A stretch of DNA of 64,000 nucleotides, from NCBI GenBank assembly GCA_964016885.1, contig OZ024749.1, forward strand, positions 14,880,001 to 14,944,000. Direction: 5' to 3'. Shown here piece by piece: positions 1-16,012 of this stretch (its first letter is position 1; every line of letters starts with the position of its first letter). Under the pieces are notes generated by a model. It worked only from the letters and a program-made list of their open reading frames with translations. It did no database searches and was not told where the DNA came from. This DNA is from Eledone cirrhosa. Its lineage: Eukaryota. A program made the translations under genes and the position numbers.

Positions 1-89
1 ATACACACACACACACATATATAGTGTTTGTGGTTAGACAAGTTCCCATACACAGTGTATTGAAGTTTGACTCAAGGTCACACACAAAC

Positions 90-160
<71 letters not shown>

Positions 161-221
161 AATATATATATATAAATATATATATATATAAATATATATA
201 TATATAAATATATATATATAT

Positions 222-562
222 GGAGGCATAGTGGTTAGAGCATTGGCCTTGCAATCGAAATGTGAGTTCAATTCTCAGACCGGCTGATGTGTTGTTTCCT
301 TGAGCAAGACACTTTATTTCACATTGCTCCAGTTTACTCAGCTGTAGAAATGAGATGATAGGGGCTGGGGTCCCTATCATTCCCCTGCAAAGTGGTCGTG
401 GAGGTGCCATGGCAAAAAAGCACCCAGCACTCACTGTAAATGAGGTTGGTGTTAGGAAGGGCATCCAGCTGTAGAAATCAAGCCAGAATCAGTTCCCGTC
501 CCACCCTTGCAAGCAGGGAAAAAGCAGACGTAAAATGAAATGATGATGATGATGATGATGAT
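222..562 (+). mobile_element. tRNA-headed SINE (family A) with RTE-type 3' tail
   Basis: A-box-like GTGGTTAGAGC, B-box-like GAGTTCAATTC and a central TTGAGCAAGACACTTTATTTCAC block. The tail CCCGTCCCACCCTTGCAAGCAGGGAAAAAGCAGACG-(ATG)n matches the 3' end of the RTE at ~29480-29530. A near-identical copy lies at 55326-55657. Confidence 0.85.
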
Positions 563-574
563 ATATAAATATAA

Positions 575-631
<57 letters not shown>

Positions 632-657
632 AATATATATATATATAAATATATATA

Positions 658-790
658 AGATCCCGTTAAGGGTGAAAGCAGCGATTCCTTGCTTAAACTT
701 TAATCTGTTATTTTAATAAATATTTGCTCTACGGTTCTTATATATTTGATATATATTTTCCTTATTGAGCCCTCTTTGGATTTTAGTCTT
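658..790 (+). repeat. Dispersed repeat (GATCCCGTTAAGGGTGAAAGCAGC family)
   Basis: Same sequence at 48714-48775 and 55728-55786, with a diverged minus copy at ~56945-56990. The 721-775 part recurs inverted at ~55885-55938. Confidence 0.75.
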
Positions 791-807
791 CAATTTTATT
801 ATTATTA

Positions 808-821
808 CTATATATATAAAT

Positions 822-852
<31 letters not shown>

Positions 853-999
853 AATATATATAAATATATATATAAATATATATATAAATATATATATAAA
901 TATATATATAAATATATATATAAATATATATATAAATATATATATAAATATATATATAAATATATATATAAATATATATATAAATATATATATAAATAT

Positions 1000-1038
<39 letters not shown>

Positions 1039-1051
1039 AATATATATATAA

Positions 1052-1094
<43 letters not shown>

Positions 1095-1179
1095 TATATA
1101 AATATATATAAATATATATAAATATATATAAATATATATAAATATATATATATATAAATATATATAAATATATATAAAT

Positions 1180-1210
<31 letters not shown>

Positions 1211-1220
1211 AATATATATA

Positions 1221-1252
<32 letters not shown>

Positions 1253-1293
1253 AATATATATATATAAATATATATATATATAAATATATAAAT

Positions 1294-1324
<31 letters not shown>

Positions 1325-1399
1325 AATATATATATATAAATATATATATATATAAATATATATACATATATAAATATATATATATATATAAATATATAT

Positions 1400-1430
<31 letters not shown>

Positions 1431-1476
1431 AATATATATATAAATATATATACATATATAAATATATATATATATA
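808..1476. repeat. (TA)n/(TAAA) microsatellite
   Basis: Direct reading of the sequence. Confidence 0.98.
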
Positions 1477-1536
1477 ACGCTGATGAATTAGTTTTGCGAG
1501 GTTTTTTTATATGAAATCGTGTGTCGAAACAAATAT

Positions 1537-2427
1537 TGTTATACTTGGAGAGGGTCATATTTGTGTAATATTGCCAGAATTAATAACAGAACACACTCAC
1601 TGTTTGGTTGGTTTTCGCTTCTGTGTCTTTTATATCGGTAATCTAATTTATTCGGTCCTCAATGTTGCCATTGACTGACCAACGGTCAAAAATAATACAG
1701 ATACAATATAGACACAAACACATATATATAGTTTATCAAAGTTCTTTCGTTGCACATCTGCAACATCATCAGTGGTGCTATTGTTTCCTCCCATTACATT
1801 GTATATCTACGCCATCTTTATTTAGTCTGTTTATATATTTATTTATTTATTTATTTGTTTGTTTGTTTATTTTATTTTGTCTTCTTTGCGCATGCGTTTG
1901 CGTGTGTGTATAGTGTTTTGTTTGATGTGCGTTCGTGATTGGGTGACTGTGTATAGGTTAATGTATTCTATGTTTACTAGTGTGTGCTTATATGTGTTTG
2001 TTGTTATTGTGCTTGTGTATGTATTTATTTATTTATTTATCTATTTATTTATTTATTTATACTTCTCTTAGGTCAGTGTTGTTTATTTGGGTGTTGTTGT
2101 TATTCCATTCATTCTTTGTTTATTCTTGGCCTTCTAAGTTCTATTTCACTGGCCTCTCTGAAATGACCCAGCAGAGAGGCCAGTGAAATAGAACTTAGAA
2201 GGCCAAGACTAAACAGAAAGAATGAATGGAATAACAACAACACCCAAATAAACAACACTGACCTAAGAGAAGTATAAATAAATAAATAAATAAATAGATA
2301 AATAAATAAATAAATAAATAAATAGATAAATAAATACATACACAAGCACAATAACAACAACCAAACAGTGAGTGTGTTCTGTTATTAATTCTGGCAATAT
2401 TACACAAATATGACCCTCCCCAAGTAT

Positions 2428-2431
<4 letters not shown>
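1537..2431. mobile_element. Fold-back element with TGTTATACTTGG...CCAAGTATAACA ends (unclassified)
   Basis: 1537-1610 is the reverse complement of 2358-2431. ~1998-2160 is the reverse complement of 2172-2360 around an 11-nt spacer. Related ends occur at ~8160-8208, ~63190-63239 and 63753-63913. Confidence 0.75.
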
Positions 2432-2482
<51 letters not shown>

Positions 2483-2493
2483 TATATATAAAT

Positions 2494-2576
<83 letters not shown>

Positions 2577-2795
2577 AATATATATATATCATAAACAATG
2601 TCTATAGAATTGTCTATATAGTTAATTATGCTAATTGGGAGAGGAAATGGTATATATTTTATCTTGTGATTCTATAGACATGTTTTAAGATATATAGCTC
2701 TGATTATTTAATTTATTAATTTTTCATTGAGCCACAAAGTGACCAGTTGCAAAACACGTATATGTATATATATGTATAAATATATATATATATAA

Positions 2796-2849
<54 letters not shown>

Positions 2850-2851
<2 letters not shown>

Positions 2852-3270
2852 CATCATCATCAACATCATCATCAGGTTTAGCGTCCGTGTTCCACGCTTG
2901 CATGGGTTTGGACGGGGGATTTCCCACTTGAGACAAGAGTGGTTGTCTTGCTCGCATAGGACTGTCTGGCGGGTTTTCTACAGTTGGATACCCTTCCTAA
3001 CACCAACCACATTTACAGTGTGGGGCTGGGAGGTTTTTACCGTGTTGCCTACACGGCCACATTACAGCGTGGACTGTCTGGCGGGTTTTCTACAGCTGGA
3101 TGCCCTTCCTAACACCAACCACATTTACAGTGTGGGGCTGGGAGGTTTTTACCGTGTTGCCTACACGGCCACATTTACAGCGTGGACTGTGTGTTTTTTT
3201 GTCGTGACACCTACACGATCTCATTTGTTTCGGCCTGGATGTTGTGGGACCAACATAACTTTACATTGAA
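2850..3270 (-). mobile_element. RTE-tailed non-coding element or 3' region with an internal ~112-bp tandem duplication
   Basis: (CAT)n tail and GCGTCCG..CCACGCTTGCATGGG RTE-type end. 2959-3070 is repeated at ~3071-3190. Confidence 0.6.
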
Positions 3271-3353
3271 AGGGGCGGTGTGGATGGGGTGGAGGGACGG
3301 GGGGGTGTTTTGATAGAGATGCCTACTGACTGTAGTAGGTTTTTACTTTGTAT

Positions 3354-3910
3354 TTAGGTAAGGCGGGTCTTCTCTATTACTGAGTACCGCCAAAGGTCTC
3401 GGTCCAGTGACATTGTCTTGGAGAGGTGTAAGCGTGTGAGGTCGGAATTTATCAGCTCGTCCCAGGTTTTTCTGGGTCTGCCTACTCCGTGGCTACCGTC
3501 TATCTTTATTGCCCTGCACTTTGTTATACAGCTGTCGTCTTTCATGCGCATCACGTGACCGTACCAACGTAGCCTTCTCTCGAGTAAACAACATCTGATC
3601 CCTCTTATTTCTAATTTTTTCCTTAGTTCGTTTATGCTTTGCCGTTCACGTATATTACTATTGCACATCCAGCGGAGCATGCAAGCTTCGTTCCTCTCTA
3701 GTCTGCGTATATCCTCTGCACACAATGCCCAGGTCTCACTGCCATGCAGCATTGCTGTTCGTATGCAGGCATCGTATAACCTGCCTTTCATTTTTAGGGA
3801 GAACCCTCTAGCGGCTAATAGTGGTATAAGCTCTCTGAACTTTTTCCATCCAGTTCTGACTCTAGCTACAGTACTTTCAGAGCACCCTCCCCCACTGCTC
3901 ATTCTGTCAC

Positions 3911-3913
<3 letters not shown>
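3354..3913 (-). mobile_element. RTE-clade LINE, C-terminal ORF fragment
   Basis: [60 protein letters not shown]. Clearly homologous to the 29.5-30.1 kb copy but a diverged family. Confidence 0.92.
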
Positions 3914-3991
<78 letters not shown>

Positions 3992-4399
3992 TATATAAAT
4001 ATATATGATAATATAAATATATATAAATATATATATATATATAAATATATATACCCAATTACACCTCTCAAAGGCGATGACACACGACCATGACCTCTGG
4101 CATCACGCAGTAATACAGAGAACCCGACCTGCCATGGGTACAAGCTGAAGCATATAGACAATATACCCCCACACCCCAAGGTGGTCGTGGAGGTGCCACG
4201 GTAAAAAAGCACCCAGCCCACACTGTAAAGTGGACATGTAGGTGCCATGAAAAAGCACCCAGCACTCACTGTAAATGAGGTTGGTGTTAGGAAGGGCATC
4301 CAGCTGTAGAAATCAAGCCAAATCAGTTCCTGTATGAGCAAGGCATGGTCAGCCAACCAGATACTGCCCACAAATGAACATACACACACCCATACCTAT

Positions 4400-5012
4400 A
4401 CACACAGTGTATTGAAGTGAAACACACACACACAGTGTATTGAGGTGAAACACACACACACACAGACGAACATACCCTCACTCAGACACCTATATACACA
4501 CACAGTGTATTGAGGTGATACACACACAGACGTACATACCCTCACTCAGACACCTATATACACACACAGTGTATTGAGGTGATACACACACAGACGAACA
4601 TACCCTCACTCAGACACCTATATACACACACCTATACACAGTGTATTAAGGTGATACATACACACATACAGACGAACATACCCTCACTGACAGACACCTA
4701 TATACACACACCCACACCTATACACACACAGTGTATTGAGGTGATACACAATCTCACTCTCACAAACATACCCTCACTGACAGACACCTATATACACACA
4801 CAGTGTATTGAGGTGATACACACACACACACATACACGCGCGCGCGCGAACATACCCTCACTCACTGACACCCATATACACACAGTGTATTGAGGTGAAA
4901 TACACTCACACACACACAGATGAACATACCCTCACTCACTGACACCTATATACACACACCCATACTTATATACACACATACACACACATGTATATACACA
5001 GTGTATTGAGGT
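4400..5012. repeat. Imperfect ~55-70-bp tandem repeat
   Basis: Recurrent CACAGTGTATTGAGGTGATACAC..GAACATACCCTCACTCAGACACCTATA. Confidence 0.85.
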
Positions 5013-5221
5013 TAGAGATAAGGTCACCAGAGAGACAATCTCCAAGACCCCAACAGACAAGGAATGGTCAATGCCAAAATCATCAATTAGGTTTCAAAAA
5101 ATATACACATATATATATACATATATATATACATATATATATATACATATATACATATATATATATACATATATATATACATATATATATACATGTATAT
5201 ATATACATATATATATATATA

Positions 5222-6620
5222 CATCTGTATACAACAACTATAACGGTACGCAATGGGGCCCACCCACAGCCCCGGCGGACAGAATGGAGAAGGTGTTTCC
5301 CCGGAGGAGGGCAAGGGAGACGCGCTGGAAAAGCCACTCCAACTCGCTGGTCTCACACCTGCAGCAGGCCAGCTCAGCGCCTATGGTGGTGAGTAAGGAG
5401 GTAGCCCTGGGGCCGAGGACACCAGAAGTCTCCACTGCCAGGCAGGGGTATGACCGCAAACCTGTCGGAGAGCGACCGGTATTTGAGGAGTTTGGCCCCC
5501 TCAGCCCGACGTGCAGCAGAACCTGGGTCAGTCACAGACTGCACCAGGTTGCGGCTGCAGAAAGTGTCGGTGCAAGTGGCATCCCAGACAAGGGGTTTGC
5601 CACCGCGGAACGGGAAGATGGTCATGCCATCTGGCCTTTTGCTGTCCCCTCGATCCAGCCCCACCGGCTCGAGCTGGGAAGGGAAGCCTGCAGTGTCCAA
5701 GCCATGCTTAATGACCTCGTTGAGGGCAGCATGGGTGGAATGCAGCCGGCACTGTGGCGACAGGAAAGCGGGTGGAGGCCGAAAGAGTTCACGGTGGAAC
5801 CGCAGCAACATTGGTGTGGCTGGCAGATCCGGAGGCCGAGCCTCAGGGAAACGCTGATTCTAGCTGCATGCCAGTGGAGAAGGAGGGCAAAGCATGGAGC
5901 CAGGCACCACTGTGGGGTTTGGAGGTCGCACGAAAACAAGCAAGGCGGTGCTGGTCGAGCTGGCGCGTGAGCCTGTCTGAGGCCAGGCTGCACTGGATGG
6001 CATCCCAAGTGCGTTGGGGGGACTTGACGTCAACAGGAGAAGGAGGAGGGACGTCAACAGGAGAAGGAGGAGGGACGTCTACTGGGCTAAGTCCCAGCCG
6101 GTCCCACGTCTCACAGGCGCCCTCACGTTCTCTGATCACAGGGTTCTGTTGTGTTTTGAAGAACCTTGCTGACGAGGACAAGGTACGAGGTTAACGACGA
6201 AAGATACGCCGGCAAAGCTAGTGAGATCGGAGACCAGAGGCCAAGGCCGCCATACCTGAAAGGTAAAGTGGCCTGTCGCCACCCTATGTCGTCAAAGTTG
6301 ACGTTGCATATCCCCTCAGCTGCTGCTCGGATACAAGTATCGAGGTCAGCGAGGAGAGATGTCTGGGTGTAGCATGGAGCGCTGTGGAATGTATAGAGGA
6401 GCTTCGGCATGGCGAAGCAGTTCCTCAGCAGAAAGAGAGCTGGGTGGCCGTCAATCAAGCCCAGTTGGCTCCTGAGAGTCTGGAGCTGTTGAAGCCTGGA
6501 CCTGATGGTGGAGCGGATGGATCGATGACCCGAGGATGAGCACATCCTCTTTGGAGGTCACCTAAACCTGGCGAAGAATGGACCGCAAGTTGGAAAACAT
6601 TCTTGACGTTTTGGACGCTA
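5222..6620 (-). mobile_element. CRE-like non-LTR retrotransposon, 5'-truncated and frameshifted (post-RT region, zinc knuckle, restriction-like endonuclease)
   Basis: Consecutive frames: ALFLLRNCFAMPKLLY..QATLPFRYGGLG; SGAWLHALP; CCCG..GLHPLSC..H; [23 protein letters not shown]; [26 protein letters not shown]-rich compared with the flanks. Confidence 0.8.
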
Positions 6621-6824
6621 ATCCATCTTTCATTGAAAGATAGAAAAAGGGAGGATGTTGGAGAGAGAGGAGAAAAGGGAGATGAATGAGAGTAAAATAG
6701 GAAATGGCAGTTACAGTAACTGCAGCTGCAGCTGGCAACAAGCAACATTGTATATAACTGATGTATACAGTAATTTGCACAATAACGTGTAACAGGTGGT
6801 GTGAGGGTGGAGGGGAGATATGTA

Positions 6825-6945
6825 TGGTGGTGGTGGTAGTGGTGGTGGTAGTAGTGGTGTGGTGGTGGTGTGGTGGTGGTATTGGTGTGGTGGTGGTGGT
6901 AGTGGTGGTGGTGTGGTGGTGGTGTGGTGGTGGTGGTGTGGTGGT
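6825..6945. repeat. (GGT)n microsatellite
   Basis: Direct reading of the sequence. Confidence 0.95.
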
Positions 6946-7468
6946 AAATACCTGACTTGGGAATGTACTCAACCAGTCAGTCACTTTCAAAACTACATAT
7001 TTATCTCTATACAAGAATTAACACACACACACACGTATATACAAACAAACACACATGTATATACACCTATATGATCATACATAAACACGCTCACACACAC
7101 ATAAATAAAACAATATGCATAAACACATACACACATTTATTTATACACACACACACATATGTAAAACCATATACATAAACAGAGACACACCTATATATAT
7201 ATATCCATGCAAAAAAGGAAAACAAATGTTAAATAATGTATACACACACGCATACATACAACCATATACATAGACACACACACACACATACATACATACA
7301 TATAACCATATACATAAACATAGATACACACACAAAACAGTGTTATAACTGAAAAGAAATCATTCTTAGTCATTTCAACAGTCAACAACACACAGCCATG
7401 TCACCCTTATACACCACCCCTAATAAACACCCATACATTTGTATATATACACATATATATATATGTAT

Positions 7469-7753
7469 CAGTGGCGAAGGGTAACTTGGAAAGCAGGGCA
7501 TGCAGTCCAATCGCCATGGTGGAAAGTGGGGCTGTGCAGCCTTACTCCCCCCCCCCCAAATTCCCTCTAAATGACCCTCTCGGCCAAAGCCGCATGTAGT
7601 GTTATCTAGTGTGTGTGTGTGTGTTATCTTTTTTTGTGTCTACGATTTAGTAAGCAGCCAAAGTTCTGCTTGTTTCAACCGACGCAATTGATCAACTCAA
7701 GATTCTATAATGCATGCACTGCATGCGTTGCATGCACAGGCCCATTGCCCCTG
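7469..7753. mobile_element. Putative hAT-like MITE
   Basis: Ends CAGTGGCGAAGGG / CCCATTGCCCCTG are imperfect TIRs. The 8-bp flanks ATATGTAT / ATATATAT are low complexity. Confidence 0.45.
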
Positions 7754-8593
7754 ATATATATATATATTAAACAGAAAACATGAGTGGAACAGCAACAACA
7801 CCACAACTAGTAATTAAGGATAAAATGAAGACATACAGACACACACAAAAATCAAACTAATAAAACAAACCAAACACACACAGATAGAACAAACAACCAA
7901 CTAATGACAAGTAAATAAACACATAAATAGCTAAAACACACACACAGACCCGGATGTAACGCATGCGCAAACTAAGCACTCAACGCACAAAACACAAAAA
8001 CAAAATGGTGTAGGACAGAACAAAGGAGACATACAAAATAAGAAATCAGTCAATGAGGAGGTCACAATGCGTGATGAAAGAGCTTTGACAATATATAAAC
8101 AACCATCCAGTTATTGAAACAACCAACTGGAAATTTATAATAAATTAAAGTGAAAACCAACAGGTGCGTGGGTTTTTATTGGCAGTATGACTTTCCCAAA
8201 GTATAACACACATATATATATATATTTAAATGTATTCTATTTTCTCCTAGTTTATTTTACACCTAATTCTGTTTAGTTGACTGTATCTGGGCGATTACGC
8301 TGTCGAAATATTCAATAAATATTCCGCTGCGCCGACGCAAAGGGCTAGTTTTAGTTATTTGTCGGAGATTTCTTCATAGAAGCCTCATTCTTATAGCCTG
8401 GTCTATTCGATTTTTTATATAGTTAATTATGCTAATTGGGAGAGGAAATGGTATATATTTTATCTTGTGATTCTATAGATATGTTTTATGATATATATAT
8501 ATATATATATAGTTAAATATTAGACAGGAACAAAAAACAGAGAGGTAGTACAAATGGTAGTTTATTACGCTTTTGAGAGTGGGGGAGGAGGGG

Positions 8594-8630
8594 GACGAAG
8601 TTTCGAATATAAGCCCTTCATCAGGAAAAA
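8594..8630 (-). ncRNA. Degenerate minimal hammerhead motif (family A-like)
   Basis: Minus strand reads CTGATGA AGGGCTTATATTC GAAA CTTCG TC. Stem I does not pair. Confidence 0.4.
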
Positions 8631-9144
8631 AGTGGGTAGGAAGAGAGTTCTGGTGTGTGGGGGAGTGAGGGAAAGACATTAAAAAAAAAGGGGGGAGTGA
8701 TATATATAGATATAGATATGTGTACATATATATGTGTGTGTATATATATATATATATGTGTGAGTGTGTGTATGATACAACTAGGTTCATCATTTAAGAA
8801 TGGTGGGTACTCGATGAAGGGCAAAGCTAACCTCAGCAGGATTTGAACTCAGAACATAAAGGGCTGTAACTATATCAACATCATCATCCTTATTGTAATC
8901 ATCATCATCATATTACTTGTACATATAAAGCTGCTGGTAAATATGAAGGGCAAAGCTAACCTCAGTAGGATTTGAACTCAGAACATAAACAACTCTTCTA
9001 TGTGAGAGAGCAGAGATGTATTAGCTCTAGCGGCCAGTGTTCCAGTCTATTAACGTATAAGTTGGTATCCTAGTGATGGTTGGTATCCTAGTGATGGTGG
9101 CTTAAAGCACCGAGTTGGTGACAGAACGGTTGGAGATTCAAGAT

Positions 9145-9300
9145 GGTGGATTGGCAGTATTGGAAGAGGGCTATGCTTTGCAGCATATTCAAATCCCGCC
9201 GAGGTTAACTTTGCCTTCCATCCTTATGGGGTTCGATAACATAAAGCACCAGTAATGCACTGGGGTAATTGCTGGCCTTGTGCCAAACACAATATTTTCC
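9145..9300 (+). mobile_element. SINE family B (Nin-domain-like middle), internally deleted copy
   Basis: TTCAAATCCCGCCGAGGTTAACTTTGCCTTCCATCCTTATGGGG..CCAGTAATGCACTGG..GGCCTTGTGCCAAA. More than 12 copies or fragments occur in the window. Confidence 0.85.
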
Positions 9301-10116
9301 TTATTATTATATATACACACACACATACATATAAAGTGTGGTGTGTTCATGCATGGAGATACTATATAATAGGGTGATGACCCTTAAAGCGGCTGATGGC
9401 AACTACTTTTCCTGTTTTTAAGGGTCTCAACCGTCCGTATAGAGGTTATTTTACAGTATGAGCACACTCCTCTTTATGTATTAACTTTATTGCTTCAGCA
9501 CTTTGTAAAAGTCCAAGAGATACACACACATATCTATACACACACACATATATATATATATATGTATATATATATACACACACATAGGCACAATATATAT
9601 ACACACATATACACAACATGACAAGATACAACCTAACTGGTCGGTGACAGACTCATGTCTGAGTGTGTTTTCCTGATATGTAACTGACACCACCACCATC
9701 ATCATCATCGTGACCACAGTCACGGAATATGACTCCAAATATTTCCTTCCTTGGCAGCAGTATCTATATCCTTGTTTGACCCCCCCCCCCCCAAACCACC
9801 ACCACCGTAATATGATCAACAAATGTACCAGCAGTATTATGACATCACAATCTAGGTCATAACAATGCAGCTGTGACTAATATCTCACTCTCTCAGAGTA
9901 TATATATATATATGTATATTTAAAAGAATAGAGGTGTAACACACGAGTTGTGATATATTGGTAAAAGGAAAAGAAAATGCTGACAAATTTTTCCCAGTGA
10001 AAAATAGTTTAATTAGGAATAAGTAAAAATTAGTAATAAGTATTGGTTGGTATTCAGTTTTAGTTTTAAGTTTTTACTGGTTGCGTATTTCTAATGCTTT
10101 TCAAAAATAATTTTGA

Positions 10117-10178
10117 GATAGAGCGCTCGTGATGTTTGCTCTAATCCGGATTAGAGCAAACATCACGGGCGCTCTATC
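10117..10178. repeat. 62-bp near-perfect palindrome
   Basis: GATAGAGCGCTCGTGATGTTTGCTCTAATCC|GGATTAGAGCAAACATCACGGGCGCTCTATC, one mismatch. Confidence 0.95.
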
Positions 10179-10380
10179 GACCCCGTATGAATCTTTTCTA
10201 ATCCCCAGAAAGATCTGTAGAAGTGGTTAATAGCTTGTCTTAATTAAGTGATATAATCAGGGCCTCCAAGAGAAATTTTGTAAGGTGGTACAAGACCCCT
10301 CTGGGGCCCGAAGCAGGCAAAGATTTTTCTCAAAATGGATGTTGCATAGTTCTTGTGCCCTGGAACAAATTACGTAACTA

Positions 10381-10774
10381 CAAAGGCAATCCCAAAAGTA
10401 AGGTCTCCTTCCGATATTGCAACTTTTCTGTTAAAATCCTGTGAATGGTGCTTCGGGAAACCTCAGGAACCAAAATGCAGAGAGCATCCAGAGTGATCCG
10501 CCGATCTTTACGCATGTTTTCCTCGGAAGGAGACCTTACCTTTGGGATTCCCCTCGTATCTAATAACTGCGCGAAATTCGCACTTGGCTGTAGCGTTCAA
10601 CGGGAGCTCCATTCTCAACAGCTGCCAAGCCAAGATTGAGCATCCCAGCGAAGCACACACATGTTTGTTTGGGAGTGAAGGAAGCACCAATCACCTCAGT
10701 GTTGCCAACAGCCGTACGAACAGTTTCTCTGCGTCCCCATCGCTTTGGAGACCTTACTTTTGGGATTACCCTCG
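10381..10774 (-). mobile_element. Deleted mariner element with three TIRs
   Basis: TIR CGAGGGTAATCCCAAAAGTAAGGTCTCC at 10747-10774 and 10529-10556, with an inverted copy at 10381-10408, all flanked by TA. Minus-strand peptides MELPLNATAKCEFRAVIRY and RKDRRITLDALCILVPEVSRSTIHRILTEKLQYR resemble the N-terminal/HTH part of a mariner transposase. Confidence 0.85.
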
Positions 10775-10939
10775 TATATGCGTCAAAGCATGTTGTCCGA
10801 CACTCTACCGATACTGCCAATCCACTGCCCTAACAATAATAATAGTAATGAGAGTGAATAATACAGGTGGAAGTTATTGAAAAGACAGTTTTGCTGGGCA
10901 CAGCTAGGATATTGAAGGGAAAGTTTTGTTTCTATAGAC

Positions 10940-11384
10940 CAGGCAAAGGCAACACTTTCAAGCAATGGGCCACATAGGATGTGGCTCATTGGAAAGGTCG
11001 GCCACATAGAATGTGGCTCATAAGGCAGGCCACATACGATGTGGCTCATTGGAAAGGTCGGCCACAGAGAATGTAGCTTGTCATAAGGCAGGCCACATAG
11101 GATGTGGCTCACCATAAAATGGGCCACATAGAATGTAGCTCACCTTATGGCAGGCCACAGAGAATGTAGCTCATCATAAAACAGGCAACATAGGATGTGA
11201 CTCGCCATAAGATGGGCCACATAGAATGTAGCTCATCATAAGATGGGCCACATAGAATGTAGCTCACCATATTATAACAGGCTGCACTACTAAACAATTC
11301 AAGGTAATTTTGAAATTAGGTGTGCCATTCAGAGAAGCCAAATGGGCCACGTGTGGCTCATGGGCTGTGGTTAACCCATGGCTG
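10940..11384. mobile_element. hAT-like MITE with internal ~30-40-bp tandem repeats
   Basis: CAGGCAAAGGCAAC...GGGCCACA start and GGGCCACGTGTGGC..GGTTAACCCATGGCTG end. Internal GGCCACATAGAATGTAGCTCA units. Confidence 0.55.
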
Positions 11385-11679
11385 GTGTACAGTACAGGCA
11401 ATGGAGAAGGATTCACATAATCTTTGATGTCACTTTGACATATAGTGGTATGGAAATAAAAGCCAATTGGCTGTGTTTAATGTCCAATAACAACAACAGT
11501 AGTAGTAGTCGTGGCTCTAGCAATTTATTTATCAGACACAAGGACAAGGGGGGGGGGGGATTACTGACACAGGAATTATGAGATATATATGAGAAAATAA
11601 ACAAACAGATGTGAAAATGAACAGATGTCAAAAGAATTTTAAATTATGGAAAAATAAATACGTGTGTTTAAAACAGATG

Positions 11680-11740
<61 letters not shown>

Positions 11741-12013
11741 ATATGTATATATATATACACATGTGAAAATATATACTTACAAACACACACACGTGTGTGT
11801 GTGTGTGTGTGTGTGTGCACGCATGTGTGTGCGTGTATGCACGCGTGTGAGTGAAAATAAAAATATATAATGGATGTCATAAGAAATAAATGGATGTGAT
11901 ATTTCAGATAAATGATTTATTTATATTTCGTTCCATACCTCACCCCACTAAAAACTTCAGGGATATGGTTCCTTGAATAATATATTAATTAGTTTGTCCA
12001 TTACATAAGGGGC

Positions 12014-15208
<3,195 letters not shown>

Positions 15209-15424
15209 TGTAGATAAATCTACCAAGAGTTTACGGTAGTGTCCAATCCGTATGAAGAACTCAATGTATTCCGGATATCATGGAAAGAAGAGATGTAATG
15301 AAAAATCACTTTCGGTGAAAGATAAACGGTATACAGAGTCAAGATAAAATATTAAACAAATAATGAATAAAACAATGAAACAGTTCCTTATATTAAACAA
15401 AAAAAGTTCATTATTTAACGATCG

Positions 15425-15589
15425 GTAGAGAGTCGGACACCATGCTTTGAAGCATAGAGTTACGTCCCTTTATGATCTGAGTTCAAATCCCGCCGAGGTT
15501 AACTTTGCCTTTCATCCTTACGGGGTCGATAAAATAAAGTACCAGTAATGTACTGGGTAATTGCTGGCCTTGTGCCAAATGTAGAAACA
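15425..15589 (+). mobile_element. SINE family B, 5'-truncated, with 15-bp target-site duplication
   Basis: ATTATTTAACGATCG at 15410-15424 and 15590-15604. The matching site at ~17418-17432 is empty. Confidence 0.92.
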
Positions 15590-15740
15590 ATTATTTAACG
15601 ATCGTTTCTAGGATATATATGTGTTAGAATTGGCATGCATATTCAACAGATCTATGTACAAAATTATACAAAATTATACAAACTATCAAGATTAAATATA
15701 CATACCAACACATATATACGCCGTCTTCAGAAATAATGAA
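15590..15740 (-). ncRNA. Type I hammerhead ribozyme fold, family B (SINE inserted at its 3' stem I)
   Basis: Reverse complement of 16013-16163. Confidence 0.65.
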
Positions 15741-16012
15741 ATATATTTATTGATAATAACAACAATTCAAAATTTCAGGTCCGTTTGGGAACAAAATTGA
15801 CCAATGAAAATACAAAAGGTTTTATGCAGTTCGGTGTGTGTATATACATGTACCTACCCTTACACATATTTTACATATTGTAAAATATGTGTAAGGGTAG
15901 GTACATGTATATACACACACCGAACTGCATAAAACCTTTTGTATTTTCATTGGTCAATTTTGTTCCCAAACGGACCTGAAATTTGAATTGTTGTTATTAT
16001 CAATAAATATAT

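Noticed and set aside
1480-1532. CTGATGA..GAAA motif
   Set aside because: No convincing stem I or stem II pairing.
5071-6194. Plus-strand GC-rich ORFs (299 aa, 146 aa)
   Set aside because: They are antisense shadows of the minus-strand CRE-like ORF.
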